Both the position numbers and the translations under genes were made by a program. The notes under the pieces are model-generated. The model was not told the origin of the DNA. It did not search any database and worked only from the letters and a program-made list of their open reading frames with translations. Below are positions 1 to 12,669 of a stretch of 64,000 nt of DNA, one piece after another. Positions within the stretch are counted from its first letter, which is position 1; every line of letters starts with the position of its first letter. The stretch comes from Lingula anatina (taxonomy: Eukaryota; Animalia; Brachiopoda): positions 8,432,001-8,496,000 of the forward strand of contig CM120643.1 in the NCBI GenBank assembly GCA_051362555.1, given 5' to 3'.

Positions 1-3000
1 TATCATTGTCTTCAGTTTCATTGCTTAGTTTTGTTGCGCCAGCGGGGTTTTCCATATTTTCAAAAAGTTATTGATTTTCTTTAGTGTGTAAAATAGTTGA
101 TGTTTGTAAAGCACGTCAGTGTAATTAATTATTTTGAAAAATCACCCTTTACTGTGTCAGCTGCGTATTTGATTCTGAAAACAAGATTTTGTTAAACTGT
201 ATGTTGTCACAGGGTGCCGGTAATGAGGCTTTATAATACTCTCTTTTTTTTTCACGTTGAAAAAGTTTTTTGGTAGGACAACCTTAAATGGTTTTCCCAG
301 ATTCGTTTATCACAAAGAATTTTGTCATATTTCCTTTGTGTTACCCTGAGCTTCAGGTTGTCGTAGAACATCACGCTCAGTTTGGGGAGAATCTGTTCTA
401 CGATCATTTACACGTCATCAAAACGGGGTCTGAAACGCAGGGTAATGCGCATTTACACTGAAAGCGATGCACACGCTTTATTAAACTACCTGGAGCATAT
501 AAGCAATGATGTGAAGTTTTACAAAAAAAAAATAATAATAATAATAATACCCCTTATGGCTTTTTGTTGCATATATTATGAAGACCTCTAGCCTTTACAG
601 CCGATTATTTCGGGAAAAAACATCGTATGCATCGTGTGGCAATCTGTTAGATGAAATCTGATGACTTCGCTGGCTGTTGTAGTAACTTATGTGTAGGTGC
701 ATTGTAAACGAATTCTTCCTCCTCACGCACTGTAATCTGATAACATTGATGTGATGGCTACATTTTTCATTGCTAAGTATTTTTAGTCGAGCGTCTTAAA
801 CTCCTGTTGACACGTTTTTTGTGCCATTGTAAATGCGACTGTTAGTGCTATAACGTCGTACTTATTGCCGAAGATTGTCTTTATTATTGTCATGTTATTT
901 ATAGCGCAATTTGAAAATAATTTCTGTATTTTTTTTTTTCGGGGAAACATTTCCCATCAAAATTTCAACACTAATGAAAATAAATGATACTTATTTATGC
1001 GTTTCCTGTTGTTTGGCATCTTATCGCAGTTGAGCGGTGCCTAACACTGACGAATGGCCTGTCGCTCTAAAAATATTAGGAAATAACCAGTGACTTTATT
1101 TGGAGGAACTCGGTCGAGATTTTAGGAAAATGCACTAAGATTTACCATTTAAGTACCCTAGATCTGAAAGGAAATCTTGGGTTATTATAGCGGCCTATCA
1201 TCCCTTCAATTTAAGTCTTATTGGTAAAGTTAAAAGTGATTTTCAAATGTTGCGCTGCTAATCGTATACTTTTTAATTCAATCCAAGTTTCCCAAAGCGG
1301 ATAAGTGCATCTCGAGAATAACGCACAAGGTCCTTATAAGTCGATCCCAATCCACTATAAAATAACGAAAAAGTCGGGTGGGTCCATTTCATTACTTCGG
1401 TTATGCAAGAAAAAAAGGATCTGCGTATTGACCACGCCCAAAACGATAGCTGCTTTTCAGCAGTCGCAATAATAACATATAATATAACAAACGACACTCA
1501 AATAAATCTTTCCGCACGGGTTAGCATAATTTGTCTGGTGATAAATATAGAGACTGAAAAGGGACGCCAAAATTATTTCCTCTGTACTTAAAACATAAGA
1601 AATGCGTCATTTTAACTTAATCATCAAGTCCAGTTTGACGTAGGAGACTTCTTTCATATAACTCAATAGAAGTCGGCTTTTTTTTTTCATAATTTATTTT
1701 AACGTATTGCCTAGGGCACCACAGGACTGCCCCCAATAACTCTTATTTATAGGTCATAATATTCCTATTCCTCGACGCTCAAAGTGGCGTGGAAAGTCTC
1801 AGAAATGATACCAAGATTTTTCTATTCCGTGTGGTTTCTCTTTGCTTTTTTCGCTCGCATTAGAGCGGCGAGGGGCGCAGTCACACAAAGCTTCGTTCTA
1901 TCGACCGATCCGTCTCAACATACATAGGGCTACTTCAGACCGAAAGCGATCTCATGCACAGTGTATATGGCAATGGATTGCTTAAGCTGCCCCCTCCTCC
2001 TCCTAAGTTTCTACCATAGACCAGTTTAGTAATGACAGCGCGTCAATATTGTGAAAATTTTATCGATGGACAATACAGAAATGTGCTCAGCTGGTGAACA
2101 GAAAAAGGAAATATTTGTGAGTATTAAGTGAAAAGGTTACCTCTTTTATTTTGGTAGAAGGTACACAGTTTTCTTTGCATTTTAAAAAGAAAAAAAATGA
2201 CAAGTTTCACAAACGCTGTCTCTTCATTACAGTTATTGTAAGAAAATCGGGGAACACAGCCAAGTCCTTTTCTCGATTTCCCTGTAGTCTTTGCTTAAAC
2301 GTTAAATGATTTTAACTTCGGCAAAAAGCGCTTGATTGCCATTCAATGGAATCTCATCGTGAGCCTACCTTCTGCTCACAGTGTTGGTCACAAGACTCAG
2401 GAATCACAAATGAAAAAAAAAATCTCAAGTCAAAACATTTTCAGTTGATTCCGGTTAGAACGAGGCCAAAGCCGCGGCGAGGCTTCGGCCCAACTGCCGA
2501 GCTGAGACCCCGATGAACGTCACTCCTGGCGACGGAATATTATGCAAAATGACATGCTCCCCCCTCGATCACGAAGCAACTTCCCATACATCACGAACGT
2601 GCTGTCAAGAGCTGACAGGTCGTACCTGATTTATAGAATTTAGCACAAGATTATTGTGCTCCACGCCAATATTCTCCGCAATCTATCAATCAAACTGCGT
2701 GGACCTGTCGAGCGTAATTTGTGTGTGAGTGAGCCAGACAGCAGGGCGGGTCAGAGAAAAAAAAATAATGTGTTTTTTATTCTCGTCCTCTGGCTTCAGA
2801 TTAAAGGCATGTTCTATTATATGATGTTATAATACTATATAAGAGACATTGCCAAAGCCATTTGTGCGCCCTCTATCATAGGTTTTGATGTGATTTGCGA
2901 GTTTCTATTTGTTCTCTCAAAAAGGCCACCGATATTGCTCATGATGTGGGTTCCTGCGTTTTGCACGATTTCTTTTTGATTGACGTGTCCTTTACATATA

Positions 3001-4613
3001 TCGTATTATTCAAATTTTATACATATGACTGTATGGCAAATTAAAGAAAAATAGAAACCGCGAACAAGCAAATTACAAAATTTTAACAACTGGGCCATAT
3101 CAGCAATATAAAACTTTATAACAGCTTGCAGTCTATGTTTGTTAAATCACTCATACTGAAAACTACTTAATCTGCGTGTAGAGCAAATGTCTACCCAATG
3201 CAGTAAATCGATGAGATGTCTTGCGTTGACGGATGCGATAGAATAGTGCGCTGGTCTCTAGGTTTTCAGAACCCATCTCAACCAAGACACAATGCAGCTG
3301 TCTCACCTAACACACTGAAATGAGATATGGTTTTGCTTTTCACGCACTCTGTAAACTTGACAATATCGTTGCTTTTGCTCTGGAGCTTTCTCTGAACGTC
3401 TTCATCTATAACCTTACAAACAAGTTATATGAACAACTGAATTTCTCCAGTTTATTTCATCAATTTTTGGCATGGTTACAAAATAGCAAATTTATAAGGA
3501 TCAAAGGAAAACATATACATCCATAGTTATTATATCCAAATAAACATTAGTTCTTATTTACAAGTTACAACATTTATGGCTATCTTTATTTCAATCTACA
3601 AGTGTAATGATCTTTACCATATTTCAATTATAATGTAATAAACTTATTTCCAGTGATAAAATCAACCCTAAACAGACATTTTACATAAGGCAAATTTACA
3701 CCTTCCCAGAACTTAGTTTAAATTGCATTTTATCTACATGTACATCATTCACAAATCCACTCTGATATGTTAGGATTTCCATGTTCATAAATACTGTTTA
3801 ATATGAATTCTGGTTATAATGTCAATTCTTTCTTTTTTCTTTCTTTTACAAAAATATTTGTAACACATTTTCTTGGCATCTTTAACCATTTTCTAGTGCT
3901 TCCTGACCACCATTGTATTGTGTTCTTTCTTAAAATAATGCCTGAAAACATGCAAATTCAAAGACTGCATTTTTATTCACATCCCTTTATAAGCTGTTGA
4001 TTCCACTACACAACCTCTCACAGGCTTTGAGTCTGGATATGAATGTAGCAAAGGGTGGTGGGTTTAAAAAAAAAAAAAACTCTGGTCGAAAAAGGTCGAT
4101 GCTGAATCAAAATTTGATCTAGTAGCTCCTATGCCTCATATCCACTTGGATCAACTTGGGAGGGATGGGGTGGGGTGGTGGGTAGGTCCATTTTTTTTTT
4201 TAATGAAAAAGAACCCCCTACAGTTCAGGTAGATTTTACACAGAGTAAAGATTGAGTATCTACCCTTCAACAATCTGGATGCTACACAACAGGTCACCTT
4301 ACAGGTCATCACTGATTAAGTGTTATTTAACAAAGCAAGCAGGCTGTTTTCTAGGAGGCAAATTGATTTTTTTCTACCCCCTATGGAGAGCATAGACTGA
4401 CAAACCTAAATAAATACTAAAAAAAGGGCACTTTGGCAAATGCATCTGTCAAAGTACTCATCAGTGAATAAATGCACTAGTATTATCCAGTTAATGAGAA
4501 CTTAATCTGCTGCCTTTTATCGAGATATTTTTTACTACACCCCTTCTTTCAACTGGATGTTTTTTCTAGTCATTGGTTTTTATAAATGCTAGTTCTAGTA
4601 GTTCATCGATCTA

Positions 4614-7364
4614 TCATAGCTTGTCTGTTTTAGAGTCTCCCCCTGGAGTTGATTCAGTCTCTTCAGCAGGTTTCACAACAGCTGCCTTGGGTGGTTTGAG
4701 CAGTCCAATATTTCTGAGATACCTGACCAGAAAAGGGGTCACACTGAGAGTGATAGCTATTCTAACTGGAGCAAACACTTTATGTACAGCATAAGCAATC
4801 ACAAATGTACTGGCGCCTGTGAGGACTCCAGATTCTAAATACTGTGTTCCGATTCCTATCTTTGTGAGAAGTCCAACCATGTCAATGCCGCTGAAAAATT
4901 AAAAAAAAAAAGATTAATACAAGTTTAACTTTAATTACTCTGAAGGCTGAAACATTAACATCTGTTTAATAAATATGGTCTTATTATTGACTAATATTGA
5001 TATTAAACAATGCTCATTCAGTTGAGGCCAAATTGTGGGAATATATATTTATTCTGAAAATTTAAGAGAAATATGCGAAAAAGATGTTTTCAGTTAAAAA
5101 TTTGCTTCGCATTTAAGCGGTAAAAACCTTAAAATTGTCTCTTAGAATTTTTTTGTCTTTTGGTGACATCATTTATATTTGAACCAATTCCTCTTACTAA
5201 AGGCCCATTCCCATTGTTACAGAGGATAAGACTGCCTAATACAGTCTTTGGGAACTTCACCTAGCCCAGCAAATAATGTATGTATTAGACATGTAAAGCT
5301 TCGGTTGAGTGCATTATGATCGACTTAACCACAGTTCAAGCAGAAAACAATTCCGTGCCCATTTCCATGTATTTCTGTATTCATTCATGTCCTGACTCTG
5401 CCAGGAACAGAGCACTATGTGGCCTATTGTTTACTCCTAAAATTGTGATTAAAGCACTTGTTACCACACGTGACATCCACTGTATGCACATTCAGTGGAT
5501 GATAAGTAGATGTAACCAACTTATCCCAGGATGAAGCTTCAAACATTAAAATAATTGCACTGATTGTTTCACTTGGAGCGCCTTGAATTGTATTTAATAT
5601 ACAGGCAAGCATGTAAGCAAAATACAAGTGCAATCATTCTATTGCATTTAAGAGACTGAGCTCTCTGCTGCCACCACTGCTTTAAAAGCTTTTTTTTTTC
5701 AACTTTAATTAGCCAGAAAAATAAAAAACTAATCCTGTTTAAGCAAATGTTCAGTTAACAAATACTGGTACTAGTATACATACCAGTATCAACTGATATC
5801 AAAGTATATTATTAAAATAAATGCAACTAAGACTCACACCAAAAATAGCAAGCCAATTATGATGCAACAACTCAAAATTCAATTCAGTTATAGCACGCAA
5901 AACCTCATTGTCTGTTAGCAATGCATATTTTTATTTTTGTTCATGGGTTTGTACATTACAAGGCCTTTTGGCATATAGTGTGTGTGGGTGGGTGTGCATG
6001 CGTGTGCACGTGTGTTTGCTTGTATATTACATAAAGAAACAGACAGGGGACCAACAGAATATACTTCTGCCCAAGCACTGTGGTCATAAAATTTCAGTTG
6101 AAACTGTGTCCTTTGGTAAATCTTTCGGTTATTCTTTGAAACTACATGGTGGCATTTTGGTTGGGTATTGTGACTAAATTTGACTTCAAATGCATCTTTA
6201 ATTTTATATAGAAATCTAACTGGTGTCACCAAATTATCAGATAACTAATACAAGAAAATGTTTTAATAGTCTGTAAATAAGATTATTATTGACATATTAT
6301 TGACCTTATTTTTGACAGAGAGACCAAATAACCAGATTTATACACTACATTTTGTGGATTATAATCATGTTATTTATTGTGATATTTTTTTTTACGTAAA
6401 ATAACCATTCATGTGATCAAGTATCCAAGATGGTGAATCAAAATGTAGCGTATGACTCTCATAATTTTATCTCAAAGCCAAGCATTATTCATTTATCCAC
6501 ACAGTAAGTAAACTTCTTAATCTGCACCCTGTCCCAAAACCCTTCCCTTTCCAAACATCATTTCTATCAGGCAACTTGGTGATTAGGTTAGTGGGATGAG
6601 CTAAAGCGGAATCACCTGTACTTGCTCACATTTGTTTACGGAAATAATGAGCGTTACTGTCCAAATTTAGCTATAAACAAATTACAAACACCATGAATGT
6701 CCTTCTTTGACTATAAACAAAGTAAATAAAAGATAAGAAAGGGTTTTATTGCACACATACTATGGTATATCTAAAATATGTCAAATAAATTAAAAAGAGT
6801 ACTGGAAATATCCTCAGCAGTGTCTGTCTCACTGTCCTACTCATGTTTGTGTATCTCATATACTAAGTTATCTAGATCATTTAATTCAGATATGCTTGAT
6901 AAATACTCTTATGGTAGACTTTGCTGAGGACAAGCCACCTGCCCTCAGATCCCTCAACTTTGTCTAAAAATATCCCAAACATGACATGACAGATAAGACA
7001 TAATCAAATAAAACATACTAGTTATGGTAAAGAAAAGAAGTTAACTGTAGAACAAAGAAGTGAATTCCCATGCATGCTGAAAATGAAAGTGAAAGGCACA
7101 TGCACAAGTCAAATCTAGGTTGTAGTTCTGACCAAGTCTTTACCTTGTCACAGCCAAATAAAAGCCCCCTAAGGAGGCGAGGGAGAGGCTGACGTGGAAT
7201 ACAACCACAGTAGAACCATAATCCTTTACAGCTAGTTTTAGTTTCTGTGCCCCGCTGAGCTGTACCTCTCCTGCTGGCGGTGGTGGGTCAGACTTGGTGC
7301 AGTAATGGCGACGCTGGGGAAAAACCAGGGAGGCATAGCCCCTCTTTTGTTGACCAAATTGCTC
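4614..7364 (-). CDS. FAM210B: FAM210B-like (DUF1279) mitochondrial membrane protein, 5' end unresolved
   Basis: Exon 7364-7144 (acceptor tttcag, donor ag|gtaaag) encodes ...LSGAQKLKLAVKDYGSTVVVFHVSLSLASLGGFYLAVT. It splices in phase (ag+c=Ser) to exon 4890-4614 (GIDMVGLL...ASTFVIAYAVHKVFAPVRIAITLSVTPFLVRYLR), which carries hallmark FAM210B motifs. No in-frame start codon was found. Confidence 0.85.
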
Positions 7365-8104
7365 CTGAAATCAGGATTGTTATGACAAGATATCCTCAGG
7401 CAGTCTCTGAATTTTGTCATCTTTAAGTGAAAGGCATCACACCATGAATAAAACTTGACAGGGCAGAATAACTGGTGCTTAGTCAAGGGTTTTGTTACAC
7501 CTAACAACTAAAGTACATTTACAACAGCCTTTTCTGACTGTCAACTGCCCCTTTACAATTATAATAGCGTAGACAGGTAAAGTACCACCAGTAGAAACAT
7601 ATATAACGAGAGGTGACTGAAAGGCACAGATAACTTAAACCTACATCATCACATATATACATGTATGCCTACTAAAATGTATGAAGAAAATCACAGCTCT
7701 ATGCCAAAAGCAACTTCCTTACTTTAAATCGTGTAAGATTTTCTGCTTAAAAATGTGCAAAACTACAGTAAGTGTGTGGGTTAAAGTAGTATATTTAATT
7801 GGTTTACCAGTCAACATCTTGTCAGCCATGAGCAAAGTTTCATTACCTATTTCTATGATGATTTATATATTATTGCCACCCAGGAAGATGTCACAGGCCA
7901 CTGCTCATTATTATACAAATCATTGACATATTTCACACAGACCCTATATAGACTGGAGCACATCCCATCCTCACACACAAAAGGTCTATCGAGAGGAATG
8001 TGGATTAAGTCTTATCATAGACAATGTGCTTGCATTTTAGGTCATATCTAAAGGAGTATCAGTGGATGGGCAAGTCTTATTTACCATGTAGCAATCTTTT
8101 AGAG

Positions 8105-8140
<36 letters not shown>

Positions 8141-8390
8141 GAGGAGGGGGGGGGGGATATTCCTGATAATATAAAGCTGAAAGCAAATGGTAGGTGTGAA
8201 TCTCATCACTGAAAATGTGTTTTCATATTAGCATCATTTCTAAAGAGGTAGTGAGAGTACATGTAGGTGTTGTTTTCCATGTATTATTATTATTCACCTA
8301 GTGAGGAAATCCATAATGCCACGCCTGCTTACACTATGTTATAAAGCTTACAACCGCACCCCAGCATTGAAGCTACTAGTAAGGGAAATT

Positions 8391-9182
8391 TCAATCACAC
8401 TCCAGCTTTACCTTGTCTCCATTCTTCTTATAATGAGCAGTGATTTTCCTGATCATCTCATCTTGCTCTGCAATAACCTGTGCCACTGTCTTCCTGCCTT
8501 CCTGAATTCCCTGCACCTCCCTATCGCAGTCCTGCAGGCCATACTTGCGGCAGTTCTCCAGCCACAGTTTGAACCTCTCACAGTCGTCTCCCTGGATGCC
8601 CTGGGGGCAGGGGTCCGTGCTGGTCCAATATTTCGGCTCAGGGGGTGCACTGGAGTACTGTCGAGCGCTTGTGTGGTACTTCCGCGATGGGTAGATCTCG
8701 TGTAGGTTATCGTAGACGTACTTGTCATTTCGGAGCTGTCCCCCGCCTGGCATGTTCACGTGGGACGGGGAACCGTTGTTGGTGTCAACGGGCTCGGGGA
8801 CCATGGTCTGCATCACGCAGTGGAGATCTATGTTACTGTGGGCATCGCAGTAGTTGCTGTCCGGAGAGTCGGTATCGGCAGCCGCGGAGGCCGCCGCGTG
8901 CACGTGTACTCTTGCCGTCTCCGACCCTCCAATCATCATCTCCTCTGTCTCCTTAATGGCATCGTCGATTTGGGACAGGACCTCTAAATCCTGGCAGTGG
9001 TGAGGTGCAAAAGCGTGCTCAGGTCTCCCGTGTTTTCCTTGAGAGGGTTTATCCTTGATGACTACATGCCCTTGGTCATCCAGAGGGCCTGTCAGTAAGC
9101 AAGACGATGTGGAGATGGCTCGGATTCCAGGCAGGGAATATCTGGCTGACCGTAAAGCGAAGGTGCTGCAGATACTTAACAT
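8391..9182 (-). CDS. Uncharacterised intronless 263-aa protein with predicted mitochondrial presequence and Cys-containing C-terminal domain
   Basis: GC-rich 792-nt ORF in AT-rich flanks with a good start context (AAAAATG). The N-terminus MLSICSTFALRSARYSLPGIRAISTSS is Arg/Ser/Leu-rich with no acidic residues. The C-terminus contains CPQGIQGDDCERFKLWLENCRKYGLQDC. Confidence 0.7.
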   Translation of the reverse strand: MLSICSTFALRSARYSLPGIRAISTSSCLLTGPLDDQGHVVIKDKPSQGKHGRPEHAFAPHHCQDLEVLSQIDDAIKETEEMMIGGSETARVHVHAAASAAADTDSPDSNYCDAHSNIDLHCVMQTMVPEPVDTNNGSPSHVNMPGGGQLRNDKYVYDNLHEIYPSRKYHTSARQYSSAPPEPKYWTSTDPCPQGIQGDDCERFKLWLENCRKYGLQDCDREVQGIQEGRKTVAQVIAEQDEMIRKITAHYKKNGDKVKLECD

Positions 9183-9299
9183 TTTTGGTTCTAAAAAGTT
9201 TTGGTTGTTAAGTCACCTTTACAAACTGTGGATATCCAATGCAATTGTGCTAGTTTACACACACGAAGAGACGCTCGATTGACGGTGGAATTCTACTGC

Positions 9300-9420
9300 T
9301 GAAATGTACGGAAATAACACCTAGAGTGACACAGTTTTATAACTCGCATGCGCACGACACACTGCGCAGGCGCATAGCAATCACTTCGCAAGCACGTGCA
9401 ACTGTTTGCAAACAACTGCG
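9300..9420 (-). promoter_or_regulatory. Putative promoter with NRF-1-like motifs and an E-box
   Basis: CGCATGCGCA (~9345), TGCGCAGGCGCA (9363-9374) and CACGTG (~9393) sit in a CpG-rich patch upstream of a candidate donor aag|gtgact (9217/9216). Confidence 0.5.
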
Positions 9421-9460
9421 GGTTTCACGAGGACACTGAAATGAGGACATGAAGTGAGTA

Positions 9461-9742
9461 CCCAGATAGCAAGAAGACGTTGGGCCAACGTTGGCACGGT
9501 TGGCATTTGGTTGGCATTGGCATGCCACCATTGGGCCAACGTTGGGCCAACGTTGGCACTTTGACGTTGGCCTGCCGCCGTTGAGCCAACATTGGGCCAA
9601 CATTGGCACTTTGACGTTGGCCTGCCGCCGTTGGGCCAACGTTGGACCAACATCATTTTTTTTAACCTTTAACTTATGTTGGGCCAGAGTATTTTTTCAT
9701 GTTGAGCCACCCATGGCCATTAGGCCAATTTTTGGTGATGTC

Positions 9743-9777
<35 letters not shown>

Positions 9778-12669
9778 ATTGAGCATTGAACTGATGTGGT
9801 CAATTTTGAATTAATTTATCAAAAGAGTGATTCAGTTCTCTCTCTCTCTCTCTCTCTTTTCTTAAAACTTTCCTCATTAGTGCACTATTTCTTTAATTTA
9901 GATGTTGTGTTTTGACTTGACATTTGAACGAACTGTTGTTAACTTGGTAGAGGTACTCGTTCCGGCGGCCGCTGTTTTAAAATTCCGTTTTTATGATAAG
10001 CCGGTCAAGGACCCGGATGTAGCGTTTCTTAGAGTTATGGATATGAAAAAGTCACACAGGCATATCAAACTGATTCAATTCGTTGACTGATTTGATTCGT
10101 GGTGCGTTTTAAATCGAAGACATCAACAACGGCGACGAGGATAAACTCTAGTGCAAAACTGTAAGCCAACTTTCTTAGAGAAAATGGAGGAAAAATGTGA
10201 AATTCCGAAATTCGAGCCGTACAGATGTCGGAGACGTGGACGCATTGGCTAGACAGTTTTAAACTCTTCGCTGACGGAAAAGGATCGATCGTTTCAAAAC
10301 CAACGGACGGAATGAATAATGAGCAAAGACAGAAATTTAAAAAATCATGTCAGAGGAGACATGCGCTCATTGTTGCAAGAACGGGTGTACAAGATATTTT
10401 CAGGACTCTCTGAAACACAGGTGAGAAACATGAATATACGCTTTAAATGAAAATGGAACACCAGAAACTGAGTATGGTGAAACGGAAGTCATTTGACAAA
10501 CCACCTCAGTCTAAACGCCACGAATTCAGACATGAAAAACGAAGTAGAACCCCCCGACTGAGAAAACTTGATGTGGAGGTAAGGGACACTTTGGTCGTGA
10601 CCTTAAATGCCCTGCTTGAGGAAAATCTTGCAACAAGTGCAAAACTGAAACTATTATCCATGTAAATGACAGTTATGAACATGATACTCCAGGAGTGCTA
10701 ATGCAATATAGCCTACACATAAAACATGGTGGAAATAGAGATAAGCAGTGTTATTCTCAGTGTTTTACCAGACTCTGGTGAATATTGTAATGTCATTGAT
10801 GAAAATACGTGGGAAATGCTGAAATCCAAGAAAAATAAATGTGTCTCTCGTGCAGGACCATGAAACAAAATATTATTCATATACATTCTCAGAGAAACCT
10901 TGAGAAGTGAAGGGAACAAATGTGATATAAAGGATCATAAAGGAAAGCAAAGGAAGAGACCATGCGGAATTTGAAGTGAAAGGACATTTAATATGAGACG
11001 GAAGTGTTTTTGTTAAATGTTAATAAGTTGATTAGATTTCAGAATTTTCAATGTGGTTAAAAGAATTATAGTTGGAGTTAATGTGTTATTCTGCAAATGT
11101 TTGAAAAGACAATTTAAAGACTGGACTGTCAATTAGTACATATCGGAAAGAACTGTTTCTCTCCAAGAAAGGAAGGGATGTTGTGTTTTGACTTTACATT
11201 TGAATGAACTGCTGTTAACTTTGTAGAGCTACTTGTTCCATTGTTCATTCTTTAAAATATGATTAGTCGGTCAAGGACCCAGATGTAGCATTTCTTAGTG
11301 TTATGGATATGAAAAAAGCACAAGCATTGGAAACTGGTTCAATTCGTTGAGTGATTTGATTTGTGAAGTGATGAGCTTTAATTTAAAAGCATCAACAATA
11401 TCATGGGGTTTGTTTTTGTACACATATAATTATTTTTTTAGTACGTCTATATATCTATGCTAGGGTATATAACATATAATTCATTTTTCAGTTTACATGA
11501 ATGTAGCCAACATGCAAGTTCAATTGAAACAGTTACTGCATGGTCATTTATAGATTTGTAATAAGTCTCTGTCATCTGATAATTTTTTTTCATTCAAGAT
11601 TTCAAGATTTATTCATTACAGACGTATAGTGATTATGATTACTTATGATGTGTTTGAATTAGTTTAAAAAATGACAATATATAATATATTCAGGTTAGGG
11701 TGTGCAAAAATACTTTTCTCTCCCCCCCCCCCCCCCCCCCCCTCCATGTACATGCATAATTAATTCACTATTTTTATATTTTTGTTTTACTTCAGATTCG
11801 ATGAGCAGCTTTGTTTTGTAAAAAAAAAATGTTTGTTGTTCTTACTTTTTTCTTAACATGTATATAAGTGACATTTTCCCCTGTTTAGTGTCTATATTTG
11901 CCATTGTAGTATCATTGTCATTGTAGTGTGCATTTTTTTATTCAATTTATTGACACTGTAATTTTTGATTTGGATATTACAAGAATTTAAATGCATCTAG
12001 CATGCTTTGGCTTTTAAAATAATTCAAGCATGAATTGTTTCTATAAACTTAGGTTAAGATCAGCCATCTGTTTCAAGAAATAAGTTAACATGTATTCTCT
12101 CTTAGAATATTATAATAAACGTTATTGATTTTACATTTACTGTTTATACCTTTTTTATTATTACCTTACGTATACACATGCACTTGAATAAAATCAGTTG
12201 TAGAATTAAAAATCACTTTTTTTTTTAAGTGAATATAAATATCAAAACTGAAATTTAATGTATTTTCTTTAAATTCATTTGAGAAAAAAAATTAATTGAA
12301 AGCAATAATTAACGTTGGCTGAATGTTGGCAGTTTAAATTCCCCAACGTTGGGCCAACATTGGCCCTATGAAGGTTCGTAGGGCGTATGACATTGGGCCA
12401 ACGATGGCAGCCCAACCGTCAGAATTCCAACATTGGCATGACGTTGGCCCAATGCCTTTGGTTGGGAAAATGACATTGGGCCAACGTTGGCTGGTTGGCA
12501 AAATGACGTTGGGCCAATGCCTGTACAACGTTGTGCCAATGAGCAACCATACATTGGGCCAACGTTGGCCCAACGTCAGTGGTTGGCTTGCCAACGTTGG
12601 GCCAATATTGGCAGTACAACCAACCGTGCATTGGGCCAACGTTGGCCCAATGCCGTCCTGCTATCTGGG
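9461..12669. mobile_element. Non-autonomous CACTA/EnSpm-type DNA transposon
   Basis: Termini CCCAGATAGCA...TGCTATCTGGG are flanked by TA on both sides. Arrays of subterminal TTGGGCCAACG repeats lie at 9480-9650 and 12310-12655. No transposase. Confidence 0.8.
9903..11397 (+). mobile_element. Internally deleted Gypsy/Ty3 LTR retrotransposon nested in the CACTA element
   Basis: Two diverged ~220-bp direct repeats TGTTGTG...ATCAACA (9903-10128, 11179-11397). A PBS-like GGCGACGAGG follows the 5' LTR and a polypurine tract AAGAAAGGAAGGGA precedes the 3' LTR. Degenerate gag (WTHWLDSFKLFADGKG, GVQDIF), zinc-knuckle and DSG protease remnants are present. No RT or integrase, and no TSD was evident. 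Confidence 0.8.

Noticed and set aside
1-3300. Possible gene or promoter in CpG-richer patches (~1850-1960, ~2460-2760)
   Set aside because: No convincing ORF, exon chain or RNA gene fold could be supported by eye.
9480-9650. CRISPR-like or peptide-repeat array (also 12310-12655; ORFs with WPNVGP/GPTLAQ repeats)
   Set aside because: There are no unique regular spacers and no cas genes, and the context is eukaryotic. These are subterminal palindromic repeats of one TIR element, and the ORFs are artefacts.
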